In this document: positions 13,085-25,704 of the stretch, in pieces
Layout of the letters: every line of letters starts with the position of its first letter
Numbering within the stretch: position 1 is the first letter of the stretch
DNA from: Amoeboaphelidium protococcarum X5
Lineage: Eukaryota; Fungi; Aphelidiomycota
Reading direction: 5' to 3'
DNA: 64,000 bases
Assembly (NCBI GenBank): GCA_023515725.1
Contig: JALDTO010000098.1
Span: 1,080,164-1,144,163, forward strand
Notes under the pieces: generated by a model
The model's input: only the letters and a program-made list of their open reading frames with translations
Database searches by the model: none
Told to the model about the DNA's origin: nothing
Translations under genes and position numbers: made by a program

Positions 13085-15493
13085 ATGGCTTTAATTACGT
13101 AGACTTTCATTGTGGCATTTCTAATTTCTCAATTTTTGGGATGGACAGCTGCAATGAAGAATCCTTTCGCCAAATAGTAAGCGAAGAGCCCCAGCCACGG
13201 AGATATTTACTCTCTGTACCAGACTGCGATGCCTTCAGATGAAGACATGCATGTCAATGACGACACTGTGTAATACGCTCCGCTCGGTTCGCTGATTGAC
13301 GCTTAGAATGTGCAGCAGGTGCCACCAGGTTTCAAGATTGCAATGATCGCAGACACTGGTCTTAATGTCTACTCCGAGAGATTATGGCTGAAACTAAGAT
13401 CTGAAAAGGTGGATCTGGTGCTCCATCCGGGCGATTTCGCGTACAGATTCGACGAAGCGCGAAATTTCGCCAGTAAGATCAATCAAATATTTCCACCTGA
13501 TTAGATTCCATATGTAACGACTACGGGCGATCATGACATTAGAGAATTTTTGGTTTATCGTAATCTGCTGGTGAAGAGGGATTTGCAAAACAAGGAGCTG
13601 TAATGTGAAGGCAAGTGGGGATATTTCCATGTTTGTACGTACCGCGGCATTGTTATGGTTGGCGCTGGTCTGGCGCTGAAGGATATTCCCAAGAAGGTTG
13701 GCGAGAATTATGCTGCTCTATTCCACTAGCAATTGAAGCGATTTGAGAAATGGTAGTGGAAATTCTGCTTTTGGCACAGAAATGCAAATAGATTTCAGGT
13801 TGGTGGTAAGAAAGATGGTATAAGCGAGATATTCTATGATGTTTGCAAGGAGCACGGCGCCACTATAGTTACTGGTCATCAGCATACCTACTCGAGAACT
13901 CTTCCGCTGACTGATTTTAAGAAAGGCATTGTATCTAAAGGTGTCACCATGAATCCTCTTAATCGCTATGGGCAAATTACTCGCGTGTTCCCCGGGTAAT
14001 CATTCTGTATTGTGACTGGTCTTAGTGGAGCTCAGCCTCGTAATTGGATAGCGCCCAGAATCAAAGATGATTTCTGGGTCTCTGTGCTGGCAAAGTAGAA
14101 TTTTTAGTCTGTCGGTGGACTGACATGCACTCTCAATGATGACCGATAGTTTGATTGTGATTATAGAGATCTGGAGAATGTTCTCGTGGATAAGTTTACT
14201 ATAGTGTCTGAAAATTCCGCTGCCCTTCCTGGATACTCTCAGCAAGATCCAAATGATGTTCCCCGTGTGTCCAGAGTGAAGCACACATACTGGTGGAGTC
14301 AGGCCACTGGTATATTTGCTAGTAGCTATCATTATCTACTCAAAATGATAATGGCTTTGAGATTTCGTACTTATGCCATTCAGCCGTAACAGAATTTACA
14401 GGAAGAGAATCTGGACATGTCTGTGAAGATTGATGCGGCTTATCGCTCCTATTTGATTGAAGCTAATTTCAGACTATTATCCTCTGGAGATTAGATTGAG
14501 GGCTCTCACGGTAACAAAATTCATAAGTTACAGGTGGATATACCTGGATTCACTGTGCCAGAGAATGTGGATTTCTTTAGATTGCGTCTGTAGTTGACTG
14601 GTCCTGATGCAAGGACGATAGAAAAGATGGATCAATTAATGTCTAGCAGACGAACGTGGCCAAAGTCGGTTCACTTTGTATTCAGAAATCATAATATCCA
14701 GCGGTCAGCGTCTCCATTGAGCATGATCAAGGAAAAGTCGACTGCATATTTTAGATCTCTGAGCATCAACAATCCCGCGAGAGATGGTTATCGCAGAGTG
14801 GTGAGTGACTCGGATTTCTCTTTCGATGGTGATCAAGATTAGGCGGCTCCTCTTATGGGGAATTAACGTCCAAAGCAAGGCTTCAGTACTAGGATGAAGA
14901 ATGCAAAGACTTAGTTGCGTCAAATGTTTGATAAAACATAGTCCAAGTTCAAGTAGATGTTTACTCCTAAATAGAGATAGTAGAAGCCAAAGTTACAGCG
15001 CGTCGATAGTAACAGCAAGAGATCATCTTGGAGTCTTGATTACGATCATGTAAAGGAGGCATCCACCAAAGTTGTCTGGGTGTCCAAAAACTTGGTGCAG
15101 CTGTCAAAGGAGTGTTTGAATGAGAGGAGACAGCAGCGGCGCAAGACTTTATCCACGGATAGACGAGGTGATACTGAGATTGGCTTTTATAGAAGTGATG
15201 AGGCGGAACCGTGCTCCATCTATCTGTATACTGATGAAGTTGGCAAACTGATGCTCGAGTCTGCAACCAGCAGTTATACTAGATTGGCACCGCGATGGAT
15301 TGTTGAGTTCTAATACACTGACTACTTTACGCCTAAGAACAACAACAACAAGAATAAAAATAATAAAAAGCAAGATACTACTGAAGAAGCATAAGGATTG
15401 AGTAAACGTAGATCATTTTTGGATTTGGAAGCTCTCCGTTGGTCTCTCAAGAAGGATCCAGATTAGTCATCTCACAGCAAGAAGGAGTTATGA
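13085..15493 (+). CDS. Secreted or ER-luminal calcineurin-like metallophosphoesterase with C-terminal extension (~802 aa)
   Basis: Signal peptide MALITQTFIVAFLISQFLGWTAA; motifs ADTG, HPGDFAY, GDHD, WH, GHQHTYSR; ends KKEL-TGA. Confidence 0.8.
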
Positions 15494-15587
15494 TTTCCTT
15501 TATTTTGATTTATTAAAGATGTTTTAACTATACTATTTTATTTAAGTAAGTCTTAAACCAACTTGAGCACTAGAGAGAGAGTGATCA

Positions 15588-16640
15588 TCAAATTGTTTTC
15601 TAATCAGATGAAGAAGTCCAGTAGTTTGGGTTAGAGCGCAGCCAGTCTATAGTCAACCTCAAGCCCTCTTCAAATTCATATCGCGATCTATATCCCAGAC
15701 CTTTTAAAGCATAGCCATCAATGTAGTAGCTAAAATCATTTACAACTCTATCTTTGACGAATTATAGATTAAGCGTGTGATCAGGCAGAAGCGTAGATAT
15801 TCGATTAATCACATCTAGATTAGAGAATTCACTATCACTTGCAATGTTGAACACTTTTACTCCGCCATCAGCCTAATCTGGAGGTTGTTCCATTATTAGG
15901 AGGATAGCATCGATATAATCTTGGATGTAAATGTATCTCCTTTTGCATGAACCATCGCCATGTACAGGGACAGGCTAACCAGCGAGTAGACGCGTAATAG
16001 TCATTGGAATCAGTTTATCAGTCGATTATCGAGGTCCATAGATATTGTTAGATCTTACTATGGTGTATGTATTCATCTATAATATAGCAGCGTAAGAGCG
16101 AACAATCATCTCACACTAAGCCTTACTCGCAGCGTATGGGTTGGTGGGATTAAACACAGAGGGATTGTACGATGATGAAGGAGAGCCAGGTCCTAATACC
16201 TCATCTGTGGATATATGAATCAAATGTACAAGTTACCGCGATGGATGTTCAGCTAAAGTCTATAAGAGATTCAGAGTGGAGTCGATGTTATTCTTCATTG
16301 TCTCATACGGGTGGGTGAAGGAGTAATCGACAGACGCCAATGCAGCCGCATGAATAACATATTCCAACCGAGTGATTCGCACCAACTATGCTTTCAAGTC
16401 TTTTAAATCAACCATATCGCACTATAGTAGTACTATGTTCTTATACAGCGTAGAACACTCTTTGTAGAAAGTTTACGGGAACGAGACCTTGTCCAATGCT
16501 ACAATGCTCATGTGAGGATATTACGCAGCGAGTCTTAGTACCAAATTTGATCCAACAAACCCAGCAGCTCCAGTTACGATTATAGATGCATCTTAACTAT
16601 TTTGGAGACTAAATTTATCTTTAACTTTATTCATTTACAT
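15588..16640 (-). CDS. dTDP/UDP-glucose 4,6-dehydratase (RmlB/TGDS family, extended SDR)
   Basis: VTGAAGFVG, HAAALASVDYSF, HISTDEV, PTNPYAASK, RSNNIYGPRQ, HGDG, DRVVNDFSY. Start 16640 or 16634; ends TGA TGA. Confidence 0.9.
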
Positions 16641-16860
16641 TTAATCGGCGTATCCATTAAAGTTGAATGTTTAAATTCTGCTTATCAAATTAATCTTAAA
16701 AATCGCAGGGATTGCTCCTTGTTCGCTTTATGATGCATTTAATATACAGAACGCGTAAAGGCTCATCCATCTATTCAACTATAGAAAGTTGGGCGATGAT
16801 TGAATCTTAATCAAAATTTAAAAGTATTTAGATCAATATTTAATAATCTCTGTATTGTAT

Positions 16861-19809
16861 TCATCTATTCAATTAAGTGCCATCTTCTGAAATGAAATCG
16901 CGTAGGAGATAATCAACGCAGTAAACGTCAGTGATCATACCATCAATGCGCGCAAAATGCTTCTCAGTGTAAGGTATCAATGCCGCTAGTAGATTCCTAA
17001 TACCAGGCAGCTTGCTTATTGATTCAGTACTTTTAGTGTCAAGTATACTGCAAAGCACTGCCTGAGCTACTTGGACGTAATGAATATTTGTATTCCAGTC
17101 GCGAATAAACGTCAGCATCTTGACAACATCAGAGTCAGTGTCGAGGGATAGCACAATCTCATTCAATACCTTCTGATATGAATCACCATTCTGAGCAATT
17201 AGACTTCTTAAAACTTGCGCACACTTTACATTCTTATCCATACTGAACGCCAATCTGAATGCCTTGAGCCAATCTTGATTGTGCAAGTGATTACTAAGCG
17301 CCTACTCTTCCACCAACAACTGTTCAGCCTTGGCGTGCTCAGCCTCCAACTATTCCGCAGTCTGATCTATAAGCAGACTGATGGATGCATCTGAACTGCC
17401 CAGTGCAATAATACACTTCTTCCCACCTTGTTCATCTTCACCGAGTACAGAGTTGGCCCATATTTTGTCCTGGTGCTCATCCAAAGTCAGTGCACAGTCA
17501 CCAGTCTTGACATTCCATAACTTTGACAAGCCATCAGACCCACTGGATAATAACTGCTGACCACCAGACAAGAAATTAAGTTTAAGTACAGAACCAGAAT
17601 GACCTTCTAATGTTCTCAGACAACTATAATCTCTCATGGACCATATGCGAACTGTTTTATCACCAGATGCAGAGGCCATCAGTAACTCACCATTCACCTA
17701 ATGAGATTGGAATGTAATATTCCACACACCACGTCGATGACCTTTAAGAGTTGCAATGTTAGAGCCCAACTCTGAATTCCAAATCTTTATAGTCTTATCC
17801 TGACTTCCAGTGGCGAAGACTTTACAATCATTGAAAGGGTATATTCTAACGCAATTAACATCCTTGTCATGAGTCTTTACCGTATATAAGGAACTTAGCT
17901 ATTGCGGTACACTATCATTAGAAGAGCCAATATCAATGCAGAAATTCCATCTCTTTACGGTACGATCGTCACTGGCAGTAAGCAGGAAGCCTTTAATTAG
18001 TTTCTGAGACTAATCAATAGAGAGACAGGTACTCAGAGATACGGAAACAATAGCACCAGCATGACCGACGCATTTACCGCACAATCTATACTTGCCTGTT
18101 GAGTGATCAATAAGCCATACAAGAGCCACATTATCTTTAGAACCAGTTGCAAACAAAGTATAATCACCTGCCTACTGCTAATCAATGCACAAGATTGGCT
18201 TCCTATGTCCTTGAAGCAATTCAACTCTACCCATAGCCATAAGCTTTTACTACTATTACTTGATCAAAGAACGTTAAGCATCATCCTCTTCTACGTCATC
18301 AATTGCCGTTAAATCTTAAGATTTCACATTCAACAGCACCAGGTCATTGCTAGATCCACATGCAACCAGCATATAATGCCCCTCATTGCCATTTGAACGG
18401 ATCTACCGAGGCAACAGAGCCAAATCAACTATTTCATCCCAAGCACCAATCCATCTAGACTGTAGACTGAGAGCCAAGGTTGATCTTGTAGATATATGAT
18501 CCAACTTTAATTAGTAAACATTCAACAGCGTGTTGGTGACTATAAATTGCTAATTCATCTAATCAAAGAACACGTTATTAATCATAGATTCCCCATCCTG
18601 ATCATTATCGCCAGCAATCAACGGGTAACTATGAACCTTCTCGAAGCTATCCATAGACCAGATGGCAACCTCATTCTTTGAACCGGCAATGTACATGTAA
18701 AGTTGACCATTATCTATTCGGAATAGTCCGCCACATTCAACAGAGTCCATAACGGCAAAAGAGTGTACATGCTACACCTGACTATTATTGCCATTAACAG
18801 CGCTGCGATCCAACTCATCATCAGCATTGAACTTCAACAATGAAACTGTCTAATCTCTACTACCAGTGAGCAGCCACTAGCCACACGGACTCCAAGCCAA
18901 AGTTCTAATGATAGATGAATGAAGTCCGTCGATATGAGCAACTAAACATTGAGTATCATTTCCCTTTTTCTTGCTTTTACTCTTATTCTTCTACTTACAT
19001 GTTTACGATTCTTTAAGCATATCGGTACCCATAAATGCTTAAGGAGAGCCATCGCCCCTATGTACTCTCCAATTCAGCCCATTATCACTCTTTAGTACAG
19101 CGGCTAGATCCCAAACTCTGACATTGCCATATTCATCAGCAGTCGCCACTACCCAGTCACTCTATGCATAATCATTATCTCTATACATATCCATATAATC
19201 AGACAGTGATGGAATAAACTTTACAGCAGTCACTAGTCCTCGATGTCCTTTAAACTAATGAGTACAGAAGGGAATTGATTACACTTGAGGGGAAGACACA
19301 GCTTTAGATATATCCCAGCACTTGACAGTAGAATCAGCACTACCCGTACATAGAATAACGTGGGCGCCCACTATCTTTACGTCCATACACAACACCGGTG
19401 CTTCGTGACTCTTCCACTTACATACGGTCTTCTGTGTTCTAAGACTGAATAGACGCGTCCAGCATGATCTATATGACACCACGACTATTCCGTTATGATG
19501 ACTTATAGGATTTGCACTAGATGTATTCACAGCGAGATTCTCTTCACTCTAAACATCAGACTCTGCACTACATGGAATATAATGAAGAGCGGCAATAGAG
19601 TCATCCTCATCTACATCGAGGTTAATGTTATCCCCATCCGCCGCGTCCAGATTATCCATCTCATAATACTATCCTGATGCGGTATCACATATAGAGACAT
19701 TCGCACCATTCGCTGCCAGCAACAGTCCATTAGAGTCAGAATAGTGGGCAGCATATCCATTATACCAACTCTTGACCTTTGTACTAACCTTAAAAGAACT
19801 CTTCAACAT
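16861..19809 (-). CDS. UTP13: UTP13/TBL3, WD40 component of the SSU processome
   Basis: Many WD repeats (HDKDVNCV, FATGSQDKTIKIW, LKGHRRGVW, LEGHSGSVLK) and the Utp13 C-terminal domain (RDWNTN...VAQAVL, LIPYTEKHFARID). Confidence 0.93.
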
Positions 19810-20124
19810 TTTATTTCACGCGCTTCTTCGATATAATTACTCTATTCTATCAAAATAAATAGGAAGCGACTAACATAAACTTTTAAGAATTAAATAAAAG
19901 ATGATAATCGTAAGGAATATCTATTTGGCCTTTCTATCTATCTCAATCTCTTCTATTGTTGATGAAAACGAATCAAAAGTTCAAGAGGGAGAGAAACGCG
20001 CTTTGAACAGATTAGAGTTTGACGCGTTTTCACCAACAGTCGCTTCACTTATTAAGAAAAGAGATTCTAATCCAAAGTATACCATCTTGAATACTATAAA
20101 GATATTATATAGCGAAGTAATAAA

Positions 20125-22068
20125 ATGATTAGTACAGTAGCTTGGGTTGGTAAAGGTGTCGCGAATGAGAGAGCGGTAAAGTAGGAGCTAGATGATGAAG
20201 AGTATCAGAGAATATGTGAATTGACCAATATGAATCTGGAAGATGCCAAGCAGTAGATGGAGCAGTCCATGACTTAGATGGCAGATGAGGATGGAGATGA
20301 CAATACGGCTTAAGATTATGATGCATCTATGGGTAGCGATGGTGCTGAGTAGAGTGATAGCGATATCAGTGTACGCGACACCGACGATATTGAAGAGCTG
20401 TTCGACATGAAGAATTATGATCAGGAAGTGACAACCGTGGAGGATCAGCTATTCAATCCAATGGGCCAGGATCTTAAAGTATTTCGCCCGGATGGTGAAG
20501 ATCCTTATATTAAGCTGGATGATCAGATGGCTGATAGCGATGAAGAGGAGGACCTGGTTATTGATTAGAAGGAGGATAATCTGATTCTGGTCGGCAAGAC
20601 TGAAGATGATATATCAGTGTTGGAGTGTTATGTGTATAATGCTCACAGCGACTCTCTCTATGTCCATCACGATCTCATGCTTCCCTCATTTCCACTCTGT
20701 ATTGAGCCTGTCAATTTTGCTGGTATAAAAAGTTAAGCTGGCTAAGAGAATGCACCTGGTATTACCAATAATGGTAGAAACTATTGCGCCGTGGGAACTT
20801 TTAACTCTGAAGTTGAGATTTGGGATTTGAATGTTATCGATGCCATGTATCCTTAGATGATACTCGGTGGATAATAGTAGTCGAAGTAGGTTGCTGAGTA
20901 GTTGAGCAAGTCCAAGAAGAAGAATAGTAAAAGTGCTAAATCTAAGTTGAGTACTAAGAACAGCGGATAGATCAGTGGACATTCTGATGCTGTATTGTCC
21001 ATATCGTGGAATAGGTATGCTCAGAATTTCCTAGTTACTGGATCTGCTGATGGTCGTATCATCTTATGGAATCTAGCTAGTGATGAAAACAATGCTGGTG
21101 GTAAAGTATTAAATGTTTATGATCGCGTTCATGGCGGTGATAAAGTGTCGTGTGTCAAATTCAAAGATGGTTGGTACATGAAGTAGGCTGGTGATGATAA
21201 AAATAACCAATAGCATTTATCTGACGCGTCATTGCTCCTCACCGGTGGATATGATGGTCGTGTATGCCTTCTAGATGTTCAGAAGCCGGTTGATATTTGC
21301 CTACTCTGTTCTTACGATCTCAAGTCTGATGTAGAAAGTATAAGTTGGGATCCTTTCTATCCGTAAAGATTTGTGGTTGGTTGTGATAATGGTAGAATCT
21401 ATGTCTTTGACATTGATATGAAGAGTGGAGGTGGGTACATGTTTGGTGCACCAAGTCTCACTATTGATGCTCACTCTAGTTCTATAACTAGTGTGGACTT
21501 TAACTAACATATACCAGGTATGATTCTTACTTCATCTGCCGTGAGCAGTGCAGATGGTGCACTCAAGATTTGGGATATCGGAGTATGTATTTAGGAGAAT
21601 AATGGTGGTGATTCTGAAGCCTAGTACGTGTCTGGTAAAAAGAAAACAGCGTACCTGGCCAATAGAGATACCGGTGCTGGTAAGGTGTTGAGTGCCAGCT
21701 TCTGTCCTGATAATCCATTCATGATTGCCGTGGGTGGATCTAGCGGATAACTGTCTCTTTGGAATGTCAGTGAAAGTAAAGCGGTGAGGGAACACTTCCA
21801 TGGCCGCCGACTACCATCCTATTTGAGCCGTGATTAAAAAGATGTTTAAGTGGTGAATATGAACAATGAGTATAGCGTTACTATGAGCAGCGGAAATGAG
21901 GAGAATGACGAAAAGTAGAAAGAGTCGGAGTTATCATCATAGTAGTAGTAGTAGTAAACTTAAAGTGACGATGACGAAGAAGACGATGGTTATGACGATG
22001 AAGCTGAGTTGGAAGAGACTATAATGGAGATGAAAGGCGTCGTTGTCGGTGATAGGTAAAAGGAGTGA
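20125..22068 (+). CDS. PWP1: PWP1, periodic tryptophan protein 1 (WD40)
   Basis: MISTVAWVGKG, DPYIKL, DNLILVGKTEDDISVLECYVY, LYVHHDLMLPSFPLCIE, NYCAVGTF, GHSDAVLSISWN. Confidence 0.95.
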
Positions 22069-22115
22069 GATAAATATATATTTAGAGCGAGTATCTCGTG
22101 TAATCACAGCATAGT

Positions 22116-24422
22116 TCACGCATTTTACTTTTTCCATTGCTTTGCTTTAGACAGCAGTGCTGCTAGGCCAGTACCGCCAGAGGCCGGCGGCCTTTCATGA
22201 TCTTCTTTAGCAACTTCTGCGACCACGACAGTGTCCTCAGGAAACTCATAATCATAATACTCCAACATTGTATAGTCAGCGTCATCATCTGGATTCTAGC
22301 GCTTACGTTTCTTGACTTGCTGAGGCATATTCTACTAAAGTGTGCTGCGAATATCTTCCACTCTAGTACTGGCATCCAGTTCATCATAAAACTGCTGCTC
22401 AAAGTCTAGCCAAGTGATGTAAAGCAATCTCCTCTCTTCGCTTTGACCGCTCTATTTAAACGACTCGCAGCCCCTCTTGAACGTGGACCTTGCATTCTAG
22501 TAAGCCTTCTCTTATGGTGTAAGATCTGTCTCGTTTTATTGATCATGAGCAAGCAAGCACTAATGTTCAAACTCTGCCAAAGATACCCAAACTTTGGGAT
22601 GACTACTTCTCTATAATAATCTCTCGTATAATGCACGAACTCTGTCCACACTCTTTAAATCATCTGGCGTGATATTGTCAACTTCAAAATCAATATAAGC
22701 CTTCCACAACACCTCGGGCATGTCCAAGTACTCTTATCTAATCCCCAGTTCAAATATACCACGAGCGCGTTCAGTCTCACCCAGTAAAGATTCAAGCTCA
22801 GCATACTTGCACCAACCATAGACATTAGCAGCATCGTGCTAAATAAACTTCTCGTACAATATTCTACAGCGGGAGAACTCACGCAGACACAGCTCAAGTT
22901 CAATGTATCCTTTAAACAACTTCGGTGTCGGATGAACACCCAGAGCTTTGCCCAACAGTTTCCTCGCATCAGCCAAAGTTCCATGACGGATTTCAAACTT
23001 GGCAGCCAGTAGCCAGATTTTGGCAAAAGTAAAGTGTTAATGTGGAATAACTCTAAGACACGTTTAATATACCTATCTCGCACGGTCAAATTCTTTTACC
23101 ATGATCTCTTCAAAAATCGCATACTTGATCCACAAATATATGTAACGTCTCCACTATCTCTTATCATCAGAAGATGGTGGTACTTGGGCAATTGCACGCT
23201 CATACACCTCTCTACATCTATCGACAACTTGCTTGAATTACTTATCGTTCACCATCGAGGACTACTTCATGTGAGACGTGGTAGATTAAGCACCTCGAGA
23301 CAAAGACTGTAGAATTCCCTCTTCCAAGTTGATATAATCAAACCACACGTCATAGTCTTGTTATTACAACATGGCACTAGAACTAGTCGATAAAACTTTA
23401 ATCCACTGCTCATACTCTTGACGCTTCTTCAGAATAATAACAGATTCTATATCCTCCTTGTTACCATGCTACTATTCAAATAGAACATAGTCAGATTACA
23501 ACAACTACAAAGACTTTTTACAATCATTCAGTAATTAGAGAGCTTTTTCATCAAACCGCTGAGCCAACAACTATTCCACCTCAGCAATTCTACGCTACAT
23601 ATCCTCAATACCATACTTGAAGATGAATCTGGCACGTTCAATCTCTTTAAGACTAGATTCAAATTTAGCAAATTAAGAGCACAACTTTACCGAATCAGAG
23701 CTATAATACTCGTCAAATAGCAGTTCCATTGCATTAGTATACACTGCTCTAGCATTACCAACCTACTTACTTTCCATCTCCCACTGCGCCCACTAGATCC
23801 AGCACTCAACCACACAATGTACTCTACACATATCGCCATAAATTTACCTAATCTTGGCACTATTCTTCAATCTACTCTCAAAACTAATGTACAGATTATA
23901 AGCATTAATAGATGGCTCCCACTTCATCCAGCGATCGAATACCAGACGCGCACTGCTCACATTACCCAGAGACTCTTCCATAAACGCATACTTGTACCAG
24001 AAGTCATCCACTCGAGGCAGAAGAGCAATGACGCGTTCATAAAGATTTCTAGCGTGATTAATAAATCCATTCCTGGTCTCGATCAGAATATACTCTTTCC
24101 AGAACTGGACTGCATGTGGGTGAACACTAAGCGCCCTCTCCATCACGGAGCGACAACGACCAAATTCACGCTGAGACTCTTCAAATCTAGCATACTTGAG
24201 CCAATTCTAAATAGACTGAGGATTAAGACGGACGGCATTCTCATGATACTTTCTCTATTTAAGCTGGAAATTGCGCAGTTCCTCAACATCCAGAATGTCA
24301 GTCTACTTGGTGATTTTCTTCACAGGTCTCAAGAACTTGGACTTATCAACAGCCTCCCTCAGAATTTACTCTGCCGTAATCTGCAACGGAGCAATACTCT
24401 TATCTTTCACTGTAAAAGACAT
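22116..24422 (-). CDS. CLF1: Crooked neck/CLF1, HAT-repeat splicing factor
   Basis: [85 protein letters not shown]. Confidence 0.95.
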
Positions 24423-24528
24423 AAAATTTCTTTTAGTACAATTGCTTTATAATTGAATATAAAAAATAGAATAGTTATGATGTTATGGTCTTCTGCTGAA
24501 TCGAAGTGGTAAGATGAAGTTTAGTAAA

Positions 24529-24646
24529 AGAGAGAGAGAGAGAGAGAGACAAAGAGAGAAAAGACGTGACGAGTTTCTCTCTCAGGCGAAAGAGTAAGGA
24601 GAGCGCGTTAATAGGGAGAGGGAGAGAGATGGAGAGAGCGACGCGT
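24529..24646. promoter_or_regulatory. (GA)n tract plus CGCG boxes in the CLF1/PHS1 divergent promoter
   Basis: (GA)n 24529-24549, GCGCGT near 24603, ACGCGT 24641-24646. Confidence 0.5.
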
Positions 24647-24750
24647 TTGCCTTCAAACTGACCATTGCAGATCCTATTGAACAGTCTTACATCATCGTTG
24701 CTTAAACTTTAATCGCTTTAACGGAAGGATTAAAAGGGAAAAGGTTGACA

Positions 24751-25545
24751 ATGATCAAGTATTATTTGGTGGCTTATAATGTTGTGAGTATGGCGCTGTG
24801 GACCATAGTGTTGTTGACCACTCTGCCTAAGGAATGGGTTCAGATTCCGGGATTTACTGCCTAGTAAAAGACTGCCGTGTCCCTGGATTATGTGCGTGTG
24901 GTGCAATCGCTGGCAGTACTTGAAGTCTTTCACGCCCTGTTCCGATGGGTAAAGAGTCCTGTGAGTAGTACCGTGATTCAGGTGAGTAGTCGCTTGTTCA
25001 TAGTGTGGGCTGTGTTGTACCTGTATGCTCAGCGTCTGTTTGGCAGTGCTCGCCTGAACGTTCTCCCACCATAGAAATTGATTCAACCATTTTTGGGTGG
25101 TAGCGGTGCATGGTCCGCCTCATTATCCAATCTTAGCGGTAGTGCAGCGAATGAGTTCAACATGTCTTTCTATGTCATGATGGTGGTTGCTTGGTGTCTA
25201 ACTGAGATTGTCCGGTATGCTTACTACGCCTTATCGCTGCTCAATAGCGAGTCTTACATTGTGACCTGGCTTAGATACACGCTCTTCTTTGTCCTCTATC
25301 CTATTGGTGCTGGTAGTGAGGCGATGTTGTTATACAGAAGTCTTCCGTTGGTTTAGAATCAATGGTAAAAGTATGCCTATGTCGTTGTCTTGTGCACTTA
25401 TCCCGCTGGATTTATCATGCTGTACTCTTACATGATCAAGTAGAGAAGAAAGTAACTAAGTCCAGGTGGTGCCTCTAAGCGTAAAGTAGTGCCTTTGAAT
25501 GTGAGTAAATCGTCTCCACGTAAAGGCTCAAAAAAGGCTCAATGA
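24751..25545 (+). CDS. PHS1: Very-long-chain 3-hydroxyacyl-CoA dehydratase (PHS1/HACD)
   Basis: YLVAYN, VQSLAVLEVFH, QVSSR, AWCLTEIVRYAYY, WLRYTLFFVLYPIG; C-terminal KKAQ fits a dilysine ER signal. Confidence 0.93.
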
Positions 25546-25704
25546 TTATTTTTATCAGGCTATGACATTCCTGGTGTTGTATGCTGACACTGGTATATGC
25601 ATATGGTATTAAGCACTTGAATATTGAACAATACTAAAAATTCCTATAAGATTGCCATTTATTTCAATTGTCAAATTTTAAACAGCTTATATGTATGTAT
25701 ATTA

